This document shows positions 32,012-40,971 of a stretch of 64,000 bases of DNA, in pieces. Each line of letters opens with the position of its first letter. Positions within the stretch are counted from its first letter, which is position 1. The notes below the pieces were generated by a model. That model was not told the DNA's origin and did not search any database. It worked only from the letters and a program-made list of their open reading frames with translations. This stretch comes from an uncultured Candidatus Rokubacteria bacterium (GTDB lineage: Bacteria; Methylomirabilota; Methylomirabilia; Rokubacteriales; CSP1-6), in NCBI GenBank assembly GCA_963758635.1, contig CAVWWD010000004.1:311384-375383 (forward strand), given 5' to 3'. A program made the translations under genes and the position numbers.

Positions 32012-33368
32012 CATCGTCGTGGTCGGGGCGCAGTGGGGAGACGAGGGCAAGGGCAAGGTGGTGGACGTGCTCGCGCCTCACGTGGACGTGGTCGTCCGCT
32101 ACCAGGGCGGCAACAACGCCGGCCACACCGTGGTGGTGGGCAGCGAGAAGTTCGTGCTGCAGTCGATCCCCTCCGGCATCCTCCACCGGGGGGTGCGCTG
32201 CGTGATCGGCTGCGGCGTCGTGATCGATCCCCAGTCGCTCATCGACGAGATGGAGTCGCTGGTGCAGCGCGGCGTGTCGCTCGACGCCAACCTCTACATC
32301 TCGAAGAACGCGCACCTGATCATGCCGTACCATCCCGCGCTCGACCGGGCCTCGGAGTCGCAGGCGGGGGCGCGGCGCATCGGCACCACCGGCAAGGGCG
32401 TGGGGCCGGCCTACGCCGACAAGGCCGCGCGCGTGGGCATCCGCATGGCGGACCTCCTGGACGAGCGGCTCTTCCGCGAGAAGCTCGTCTACAACGTGGA
32501 GCAGAAGAACCGGCTCCTGCGCGGGGTCTACGACGCCGAGACCTTCTCGGTGGAGGGGATCCTCGGGCCGTACCTCCGCTTCGCGGGCTGGCTCGCGCCC
32601 TACATCACCGATACCGCGCTGATCCTGTCGCGCTGGATCGACGGCGGCGCCTCGGTGCTCTTCGAGGGCGCGCAGGGCACCATGCTGGACGTGGACCACG
32701 GCACGTATCCGTTCATCACGTCGTCCAGCACCACGGCGGGCGGGGCGGCCACCGGGACCGGCGTGCCGCCCACGCGCATCCACGGCGTGCTCGGCATCTC
32801 CAAGGCGTACGCCACCCGCGTGGGCGAGGGGCCGTTCCCCACCGAGCTGGCGGGCCCGGTGGCCGACCTCCTGCGCGGGCGGGGCAACGAGTTCGGCTCG
32901 GTGACGGGCCGGCCGCGGCGGTGCGGCTGGGTGGACGCGGTCGCCCTCCGCTACGCGACGCGGATCAACGGCCTCGACTCGATCGCCATCACCAAGCTCG
33001 ACGTCCTCGACGCCTGCGAGACCGTGAAGATCTGCACGGGCTACCGCTTCCGCGGCGAGATCGTCACCGAGTTCCCGGAGGAGGAGCGCATGTGGCAGGA
33101 GGCCGAGCCCGTGTACGAGGAGCTCTCGGGCTGGCAGAGCTCCACGCGGGGCATGCGCGAGTACGGGGACCTGCCCACCAAGGCGCGCGAGTACCTCGAG
33201 CGCCTGTCCGAGCTGGCCGGGGTGGGCGTGTCGCTGGTGTCCACGGGGGCGGTGCGCGACGACACCATCCTGGTGCGGGACTCCACCCTCACGCGGTGGT
33301 TCCCCGCGCTGACCGGCTGGGGATTCGGCCACGGAGCCGCCGAGGGACCCGGTCACCGCGCCGGTTGA
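32004..33368 (+). CDS. purA: Adenylosuccinate synthetase
   Basis: GAQWGDEGKGK, GGNNAGHT, EGAQG, TGRPRRCGW and TKLDVL motifs. Confidence 0.97.
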   Translation: MPNIVVVGAQWGDEGKGKVVDVLAPHVDVVVRYQGGNNAGHTVVVGSEKFVLQSIPSGILHRGVRCVIGCGVVIDPQSLIDEMESLVQRGVSLDANLYISKNAHLIMPYHPALDRASESQAGARRIGTTGKGVGPAYADKAARVGIRMADLLDERLFREKLVYNVEQKNRLLRGVYDAETFSVEGILGPYLRFAGWLAPYITDTALILSRWIDGGASVLFEGAQGTMLDVDHGTYPFITSSSTTAGGAATGTGVPPTRIHGVLGISKAYATRVGEGPFPTELAGPVADLLRGRGNEFGSVTGRPRRCGWVDAVALRYATRINGLDSIAITKLDVLDACETVKICTGYRFRGEIVTEFPEEERMWQEAEPVYEELSGWQSSTRGMREYGDLPTKAREYLERLSELAGVGVSLVSTGAVRDDTILVRDSTLTRWFPALTGWGFGHGAAEGPGHRAG

Positions 33369-33438
33369 CCCTCGCCGACCCCGCGGCTAAGCTTCTCCGC
33401 GTGGTCAGTGGGCGAAGAGCGGTGCGGAGGACACGGCC

Positions 33439-36400
33439 GTGAGGTGCCCCCGGTGCCAGACCGACAACCGGGACGCCATCCGGTTCTGCGAGGAGTGCGG
33501 GGCCCGCCTGGAGCTCGCCTGCCCGAACTGCGGCTCCGCGGTCGCGCCCGAGAAGAAGTTCTGCGGCTTCTGCGGCGTCCGCCTGCAGGCGCCGGTGGCC
33601 ACCGAGCGCTACGCCGTCCCCCAGAGCTACACGCCCAAGCACCTCGCCGAGCGCATCCTCGTCTCCCGGGGCGCCCTCGAAGGCGAGCGCAAGCAGGTCA
33701 CCGTGCTCTTCGCCGACCTCAAGGGCTCGATGGAGCTCCTCGCCGACCGCGATCCCGAGGAAGCGCGCAAGCTCCTCGATCCCGTGCTGGAGCGGCTGAT
33801 GGAGGCCGTCCACCGCTTCGAGGGCACGGTGAACCAGGTGATGGGCGACGGGATCATGGCGCTCTTCGGCGCCCCCATCGCCCACGAGGACCACGCCGTG
33901 CGCGCCTGCTACGCCGCGCTCCGCATGCAGGAGACGGTGGGCTGGTACGCCGAGGAGCTGCGGCGCGGCGCAGGGCGTGGACGTGCAGATCCGCGTCGGC
34001 ATCAACTCGGGCGAGGTGGTCGTGCGCTCGATCGGCTCCGACCTGCACATGGACTACACCGCGGTCGGCCAGACGACGCACCTCGCCGCGCGCATGGAGC
34101 AGCTCACGCGTCCCGGCGTCACGCTGGTCACCGGCCAGACGCTGCGCCTGGCCGAGGGCTACGTCGAGGTGTCGCCGGTGGGGCCGGTGCCGGTGAAGGG
34201 GCTGTCCGAGTCGGTGGCGGTGTACGAGCTGCTCGGCGCGGGCCCGGTGCGCTCGCGCCTTCAGGCCTCGGCGGCGCGCGGGCTCACGCCGTTCGTGGGA
34301 CGCGAGTCCGAGCTGGAGCAGCTCCGCCAGACCCTCGACCGCGCGCGCGGCGGCCACGGGCAGGTGGTGGCGCTGGTCGGCGAGCCCGGCGTCGGGAAGT
34401 CGCGGCTCCTGTGGGAGTTCACGCACTCCCACCGGACCCACGGCTGGCTCATCCTCGAGAGCGGCGCGGTGTCCTACGGCAAGCTCACGTCGTACCTGCC
34501 GGTGGTGGACCTGCTGCGCGCGTACTTCCAGATCGAGGACCGGGACGACCGCCGGAAGGTGCGCGAGAAGGTGACGGGGAAGCTCCTCACCCTGGACGAG
34601 TCGCTCCGCCCCACGCTGCCCGCGTTCCTGACCCTCCTCGACGTGCCCGTCGACGATCCCGACTGGCAGGACCCCGACCCGCCGCTCCGGCGCCGGCGCA
34701 TCCTCGAGGCGGTGAAGCAGCTCCTGCTCCGCGAGGCGCAGGTGCAGCCGGTGCTGCTGGTGGTGGAGAACCTCCAGTGGGCGGACACCGAGACGCAGGC
34801 GTTCCTGGACAGCCTCGTGGAGAGCCTGCCCACCGCGCGCTTCATCCTGGCCCTCACGTACCGGCCGGAGTACCAGCACGGGTGGGGCGGCCGCAGCTAC
34901 TACACCCAGATGCGGCTCGATCCGCTCGCGCCGGCCAGCGCCGAGAGCCTCCTGCAAGCGCTCCTCGGCGACGATCCGTCGATGACCCCGGTGAAGCAGC
35001 TCCTGATCGAGCGCACGGAGGGCAACCCGTTCTTCCTCGAGGAGTGCGTGCGCACGCTCGTGGAGACGCGCGTGCTCACCGGGGAGCGCGCCGCCTACCG
35101 GCTGGACCGCGCGCCCACCGGCATCCAGGTGCCGGCCACCGTGCAGGCCGTGCTCGCCTCGCGCATCGACCGCCTCACCCCCGAGGACAAGCGCCTGCTG
35201 CACGCCGCGTCCGTCATCGGCAAGGACGTGCCGCTGGCGCTGATCCGCGGGATCGCGGAGATGCCCGAGGACGCGCTGCGTGAGAGCCTGGCCCGCCTGC
35301 AGGCCGCGGAGTTCCTGTTCCAGCGCGGCCTGTTCCCGGACATCGAGTACACGTTCACCCACGCCCTGACCCACGACGTGGCGTACGCGAGCCTCCTCCA
35401 GGACCGCCGCCGCGCGCTCCACACGCAGATCCTCGAGGCGATGGAGACGCTGTATCCGGAGCGCCGGTCCGAGCAGGTGGAGGTCCTCGCGCATCACGCC
35501 TACCGGGGCGAGAAGTGGGAGAAGGCGGTGCTCTACCTCCGCCAGGCCGGCATCAAGGCGAGCGGGCGGTCGGCGAACCAGGAGGCCGCGGCGTTCTTCG
35601 AGCAAGCCCTGGCCGCGCTCGCGCACGAGTCGGACGGCCGCGAGAAGACGGAGCAGGCGATCGACCTGCGCCTGGACCTGCGGCCGCCGATGCTGCAGCT
35701 GGGCCAGCTCTCGCGCGTGCTCGCGCTGTCGCAGCAGGCCGAGAACATGGCGAAGCTCATCGGCGACGAGCAGCGGCTGGCCCGCGTGTACACGTACCTG
35801 AGCAACTACCACTACCTGAAGGGCGAGCCGGACCTCGCCATCGGCTACGGCGAGCGCTGCCTGGCCATCGGCGAGGCGGCGGGGGACATCGCGCTCCAGG
35901 CGCTGGCCCGCGGGTACATGGGCTACAGCCACCACGCCCAGGGCCATTACCGCGAGGCGGACGTATTCCTCCGGAAGAACGTCGAGATGCTCGACGGCGG
36001 GCGCTGGTTCGAGTCCGGCGCGCAGACCGGCATCCTGCACGTGAGCTCGGCGGGCTGGCTCGGCTTCGCGCTGGCCGAGCTGGGCGAGTTCGAGGCGGCG
36101 CGCGCCTGCGTCGACCAGGCCCAGCGCGCGGCCGACACCGCGAACCACGCGTACGGGCAAACCATCGCGTGGACCATGACCGGCCTGGTGGCCCTGCGCA
36201 ACGGCGACCTGGACCGCGCGCTCCTGTTCCTGGTGCGGAGCCTCGAGGCGAGCCGCGAGAAGGCGCTCACCGTGTGGCGCCCGATCCCGTCGTCGCTGCT
36301 CGGCCTGGCGTACGTCTACGCCGGCCGCGTGCCCGAGGGCCTGGAGCTCCTCGAGCAGGGGGTGACCCTGACGGAGGAGCTGGGGGTCAAGGCCTACCTC

Positions 36401-37132
36401 GCCCTGTGGACGGCGAACCACGCCGAGGGCCTGCTCGTCGCCGGCCAGGTGGACGCCGCGCGGGCCCGCGCGCAGGAGGCGCTCGACCTGGCCCTCGCCC
36501 ACAAGGAGCGCGGGCACCAGGCGTGGACGCTCTACCTGCTCGCGGAGATCGCCGCGAGCGGCGAGCATCCCGACGCCGGCCGCGCCGAGGCCACGTACGG
36601 GCAGGCCGCCGTCATCGCCGAGGAGCAGGGCATGGGACCGCTGCGCGCCCGCATCGCGCTCGGGCTCGGACGGCTGCACGTGCGCGCCGGCGATCGCGTC
36701 CGGGGCGAGGACCAGCTCATGGCGGCCACCGCGCTCTTCCGCGACATGGACATGCGCTACTGGCTGGAGCAGGCCGGCGGCGAGCTGAAGGCCCTGGGGC
36801 ACGTGTTCGTGATCGCCGAGGACCACAAGAGCCTCTACGAGTTCCTCGGCGCGGAAGTTCGGCGAGGACACGCACGTCCGCGTCATCCTCGACCGGCGTC
36901 ACGGCGATCGGCGGCACGTGGTCGCCGCGCCCGGCTCGGAGCGGCGACGGGTCGAACGGCGGCAGAAGGCGGTGGACGCGATGCTCCGCTCGCGCGGCTT
37001 CGCCGTCGTTCCCGACCCGCCGACCAACGGGGGCGATCAGGAGAAGCGCGCGGCGAAAGCGCCGCCGAGCCGCCGCGCGTCGATCCCACCCGGCGCGGAA
37101 AACCCTCGCCGCCGCGGCGGCCGCGGGCGTAG
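33439..37132 (+). CDS. Double zinc ribbon / class III cyclase / AAA (STAND) / TPR protein; frameshifts near 33970 and 36850, 3' end uncertain
   Basis: Four CxxC, FADLKGS, GDG, HLAARME, GEPGVGKS and GNPFFLEE motifs followed by TPR-like helices. Confidence 0.88.
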
Positions 37133-37134
37133 CG

Positions 37135-37317
37135 ATGGTTCCCGTCGAGGTCGAGGCGTTCGGGCTGCTCGCGTTCGGCGTGATCGTGCTGGCGCTGGTG
37201 CTGGCCCTTCAGGTCATCCCGCGGCGGCTCGTGCCGTGGCCCATCCAGGCCCTCGCGCTTGCCGTCGTGGCCGTGCTGGCGCTCATCGCGTTCAGCATCA
37301 CCCGGATGCCGCGCTGA
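37135..37317 (+). CDS. Small two-TM membrane protein
   Basis: 60-aa ORF MVPVEVEAFGLLAFG... with two hydrophobic helices. Confidence 0.55.
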   Translation: MVPVEVEAFGLLAFGVIVLALVLALQVIPRRLVPWPIQALALAVVAVLALIAFSITRMPR

Positions 37318-37415
37318 ACCCTGCGCGGGGTGCGGGCGCCCGGGCGACCGGTAGCGGCGCACCAGCACCCGCCCCTCGGACGCGAGCGGGCCGCGCCAAT
37401 GACAACCGGCGCGGC

Positions 37416-37504
37416 TGCTGGTGATCAACCGCAAGAGCGCGAAGGTGATCGGCCTCACAATCACGCCGGCGGCGCTCGCCCGCGCGGAGCAGGTGATCGA
37501 GTAG
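37416..37504 (+). pseudogene. C-terminal remnant of an ABC substrate-binding paralog
   Basis: Reads LVINRKSAKVIGLTITPAALARAEQVIE*, matching the C-termini of the full paralogs in this window. Confidence 0.65.
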
Positions 37505-37560
37505 TGGACCGGCGTGGGTGGTGGCGACGCTCGCCCGCCTCGCCGACAAGGAGACACGCG

Positions 37561-38556
37561 ATGCTCGACCGGCGCGCCTTTCTGGGCAGTCTCGCCGTTC
37601 TTGCCTGGGCGCGCGGGGCCGAGGCACAGCAGGCGGGGAAGGTGTACCGGATCGGCGTCTTGAGCTCGGGAGAGCGCGAGCAGGAGCAGGGCCTCCAGGC
37701 GGCGTTGCGCGAGCGCCTGCGCGGGCATGGGTGGGTCGAAGGCCAGAACGTCGGCATGGAGTGGCGGTACGCGCAAGGGCAGTACGCCAAGGCTGCGGAG
37801 CTGGCGGCCGAACTCGTCAGCCTCAAGATGGATCTCCTTATGACCCGCGGCGGCCCGATGACTGCCGCGGCCAAGCGCGCCACCGCCACGATTCCCATCG
37901 TGATGTGGAATGTCACCGATCCGGTCGGTATCGGTGTCGTGGCCAGTCTTGCCCGGCCCGGAGGCAACGTCACGGGACTCTCCGACGGGCAGGACCCGGC
38001 CATCATGGGGAAGCGGCTACAGCTGCTGAAGCAGGTGGCGCCCACCGTGACCAGAGTGGCGGTGCTCAGCCGGGCCGGCTCCGCCGCCGTCGTCCCCCCG
38101 GTGACCAGCTACCAGGTCGCGTTGGAGGATGGGGCCAAGGCGCTGGGACTGACCCTCCGCACGTGGCTGGTGCAGGGCCCGGAGGACATCGACCGAGCCT
38201 TCCGGGCGATGCACGAGGAGCGCGTCGACGCGCTTGCCGTGCCGTACCAGCCCGTCACCTGGACTCACCGGCGCCAGATCAGGGACCTCGCGGCCCGGCA
38301 CCGACTCCCGGCGATGTACATGCTCGGGGCGTACGCGATCGACGGGGGACTCATGGCGTACGGCGAGGATGAGCGAGAGGTCCCGGAGCGCCTCTCTGTT
38401 TACCTCGACAAGATCCTGAAGGGCGCCAAGCCCGCGGACCTGCCCGTCCAGCAGCCGACGAAGTTCGAACTCGTGATCAACCTCAAGACGGCCAAGGCTC
38501 TCGGTCTCACAATTCCAACGGCGCTGCTGGCGCAGGCCGACCGGGTGATCGAGTGA
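37561..38556 (+). CDS. Orphan ABC transporter substrate-binding protein
   Basis: MLDRRAFLG Tat-like leader; SLARPGGNVTG and QQPTKFELVINLKTAKALG motifs. Confidence 0.88.
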   Translation: MLDRRAFLGSLAVLAWARGAEAQQAGKVYRIGVLSSGEREQEQGLQAALRERLRGHGWVEGQNVGMEWRYAQGQYAKAAELAAELVSLKMDLLMTRGGPMTAAAKRATATIPIVMWNVTDPVGIGVVASLARPGGNVTGLSDGQDPAIMGKRLQLLKQVAPTVTRVAVLSRAGSAAVVPPVTSYQVALEDGAKALGLTLRTWLVQGPEDIDRAFRAMHEERVDALAVPYQPVTWTHRRQIRDLAARHRLPAMYMLGAYAIDGGLMAYGEDEREVPERLSVYLDKILKGAKPADLPVQQPTKFELVINLKTAKALGLTIPTALLAQADRVIE

Positions 38557-38698
38557 GCCCTCCGTGCCTGACCGCGTCCCGTCCTACCCGCGCTGTGGCT
38601 CCGAGGTGCCGGGCGACCACCCGCGTCTCGTGGATCCGGGCACAGTGATGCGCCGAAGGGTTGACGCGTGAGGCATAACCATACAGACTTCCCGACGT

Positions 38699-38774
38699 GA
38701 GCCGTTAGCTCAGTTGGTAGAGCTCCTGCCTTTTAAGCAGGGAGTCCCGGGTTCGAGTCCCGGACGGCTCACCA
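38699..38774 (+). tRNA. tRNA-Lys(TTT)
   Basis: Acceptor stem gagccgt/acggctc, anticodon arm cctgc-cttttaa-gcagg, GTTCGAGTC T-loop and encoded CCA. Confidence 0.96.
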
Positions 38775-38864
38775 TACAATCTCAGCCACTTCGCCACCAC
38801 CAGGCGTCTCCCCTCTCACCCGCCAGTGCCGGCCTCGTGCCGGTTGCACCCTCGGGAACCGGCT

Positions 38865-38930
38865 TCGCCCGCCGTTCGACAGTGCTGTCATATCGTTAGG
38901 GCTCAGGTGCGCGTACCGCATGATTGTCGT
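38865..38930 (-). pseudogene. Tyrosine integrase C-terminal remnant
   Basis: Minus strand reads TTIMRYAHLSP, resembling the catalytic Tyr box; adjacent to the tRNA; gtgccgg direct repeats at 38826 and 38837. Confidence 0.55.
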
Positions 38931-38993
38931 TATCCTGATGTTGCAGTCAGCCCGAACTTCGGCGGAGCCTCAAGCCAGTGGTAGTCTGCCGGC

Positions 38994-39284
38994 GTGACGT
39001 ACGAGTGGGACCCGGTCAAGGCGGCCGCGAACGTCAAGAAGCATCGCGTCACTTTCGAGGAGGCCGCGTCCGTGTTTCTCGACCCCACAGCGCTCACATT
39101 CTGGGATCCGGATCACTCCCAGGAGGAGGAGCGCGAGATCACGATCGGCCGTTCCAGGCGGCAACGTGTGCTCTTTGTAGGGCACGCTGCGCGCGAGGGC
39201 CGTGTGCGAATCATCACCGCGCGACGGGCAACACGCCGGGAGGAGGGACAGTATGAGGAGGGAATCGACGAAGCAAGGCAATGA
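38994..39284 (+). CDS. BrnT family toxin
   Basis: YEWDPVKAAANVKKH.VTFEEA, EEREITIG and RIITARRAT motifs. Confidence 0.9.
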   Translation: MTYEWDPVKAAANVKKHRVTFEEAASVFLDPTALTFWDPDHSQEEEREITIGRSRRQRVLFVGHAAREGRVRIITARRATRREEGQYEEGIDEARQ

Positions 39285-39516
39285 CGACCTCAGGCCTGAG
39301 TACGATCTCGCCCGCCTGAAGGGCGGTGCCCGGGGTAAATACTACAAGCAGGCGGCGGCCGGAACGAACCTGATCCTCTTGGAGCCAGACGTAGCTCGTG
39401 CGTTTCCCGACAGTACGTCCGTGAACCGGGCTCTACGACTACTCCAAGAGGTCGCGGCGAAGAGTGCCAAGGGCCCCCGAAGATCCTCTGGTGCCCGGCG
39501 CAGAGCGACCGGGTAG
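39253..39516 (+). CDS. Cognate BrnA-like antitoxin
   Basis: DDLRPEYD, RGKYY and LEPDVARAFPDSTSVNRALR; overlaps the toxin 3' end. Confidence 0.8.
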   Translation: MRRESTKQGNDDLRPEYDLARLKGGARGKYYKQAAAGTNLILLEPDVARAFPDSTSVNRALRLLQEVAAKSAKGPRRSSGARRRATG

Positions 39517-39605
39517 CTTCGGCGTGTACCCGACGGCCTTGGGCCGCGGCTAACCCCTTGCGGGCGAGCGCTTGGTAGAAGCCGTCCCGGACGGCCCGCA
39601 CGCAC

Positions 39606-39648
39606 TTCTAAGGAGGGAGTCCCGGGTTCGAGTCCCGGCGGCTCACCA
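39606..39648 (+). repeat. Duplicated 3' half of tRNA-Lys (attR-like)
   Basis: ttctaaggagggagtcccgggttcgagtcccgg-cggctcacca versus tRNA ttttaagcagggagtcccgggttcgagtcccggacggctcacca. Confidence 0.9.
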
Positions 39649-39718
39649 CCCTTTGCTGAGATCGCCCCTCCGCCCCTTCTCTGAAGCCGTCCTTCCACCT
39701 TCAGTGGCCGTGGGTTGT

Positions 39719-39734
39719 GGGCATTGCCGTTGCA
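39719..39734 (+). promoter_or_regulatory. Possible sigma-54 (-24/-12) promoter for ackA
   Basis: GGGCATTGCCGTTGCA with GG-N10-GC spacing, about 30 nt before the ATG. Confidence 0.35.
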
Positions 39735-39765
39735 CGGGGCGTTCGCCGGGAGGGAGTCCGCCACG

Positions 39766-40971
39766 ATGAACATCCTCGCCGTGAACTGCGGCAGCTCGTC
39801 CGTGAAGTTCCGCCTGTGCGCGGTGTCGCCGCCGGCCACGGCCGCCGCCGCGCCGCGCGTCCTCGCGCGCGGGCTGGTGGAGCGGATCGGCGGCGCGAGC
39901 GCCTTCTCGCTCGAGCGGGACGGGACGCCGGATCGGGGGCCCCGTGGCGCCATCGTCGATCACGAGGCGGCGGTCAGGTCGATCGTGGACTGGCTCCGCG
40001 CGGGCTCCCCGGCGCCCGACGCCGTCGGCCACCGCGTCGTTCACGGGGGCTCCCGGCTCGTGGCGCCCACGCTGATCGACGCGGCGACCGAAGGGGAGAT
40101 CGAGGCCCTCGAGGCGCTCGCCCCACTTCACAACGGGCCGAGCCTGGCGGGCATCCGCGCCTGCCGCGCCGTGCTGGGCGCCGGGATGCCGATGGTGGCG
40201 GTCTTCGATACCGCCTTTCACGCGTCCCTGCCCGAGCGGGCCTACCGGTACGCGATCCCCGCCGAGCTCGCCGATCGCCACGGCATCCGGCGCTACGGCT
40301 TTCACGGGCTGTCCTACCAGCACGTCGTGGCCCGGTACGCCGTGCTCACCGGGCGGCCGGAGACCGAGGCGACGCTCGTGGCGTTCCATCTCGGCAACGG
40401 CGCCTCGGCCGCGGCCATCGAGCGGGGACGCTCGATCGACACGTCGATGGGATTCACGCCGCTCGAAGGCCTCGTGATGGGGACGCGCTCCGGGGACATC
40501 GACCCGGCGCTGGTCGGGTTTCTCTCCGAGCGCGAGGGGGTCTCGGCGGCCGAGGTGGAGCGATGGCTGAACGAGCGCTCCGGGCTGCTCGGCCTCTCCG
40601 GGACGAGCCGCGACATGCGCGACCTCGTCGCGGCGCGTGGCGCCGATGCGCGGGCGCGCCTGGCCGTCGACGTGTTCTGCCATCGGGCGCGGAAGTACCT
40701 GGGCGCCTACCTGGCCGCCCTCGGCGGCGCGCAGGCGGTGGTCTTCAGCGGCGGCATCGGCGAGAACGCTCCCGAGGTGCGCGCCGCGATCTGCGAGCGG
40801 ATGGAATGGTGCGGCCTCGAGCTCGATCCCGAGGCCAACCGGCGGGCGACCGGCGTGGAGGCGCGCATCAGCGCCGGAGGCGCGCGCATCGAGGCATGGG
40901 TCATCCCGACGGACGAGGAGCAGGTGATCGCGCTCGAGACGGCGCGCCGCCTGGGCGAGCGATCCGCGTGA
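39766..40971 (+). CDS. ackA: Acetate kinase
   Basis: NCGSSSVK, GHRVVHGG, APLHN, FDTAFH, HLGNGAS, SMGFTPLEG and GGIGEN motifs. Confidence 0.96.
   Translation: MNILAVNCGSSSVKFRLCAVSPPATAAAAPRVLARGLVERIGGASAFSLERDGTPDRGPRGAIVDHEAAVRSIVDWLRAGSPAPDAVGHRVVHGGSRLVAPTLIDAATEGEIEALEALAPLHNGPSLAGIRACRAVLGAGMPMVAVFDTAFHASLPERAYRYAIPAELADRHGIRRYGFHGLSYQHVVARYAVLTGRPETEATLVAFHLGNGASAAAIERGRSIDTSMGFTPLEGLVMGTRSGDIDPALVGFLSEREGVSAAEVERWLNERSGLLGLSGTSRDMRDLVAARGADARARLAVDVFCHRARKYLGAYLAALGGAQAVVFSGGIGENAPEVRAAICERMEWCGLELDPEANRRATGVEARISAGGARIEAWVIPTDEEQVIALETARRLGERSA

Larger units (their letters stand above)
38775..39648. mobile_element. Residual mini-island integrated at tRNA-Lys
   Basis: Bounded by the tRNA and a copy of its 3' half; contains an integrase scrap and a toxin-antitoxin pair. 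Confidence 0.75.

Noticed and set aside
39606..39648. A second tRNA-Lys gene
   Set aside because: Lacks the 5' half and D arm; it is an att duplication
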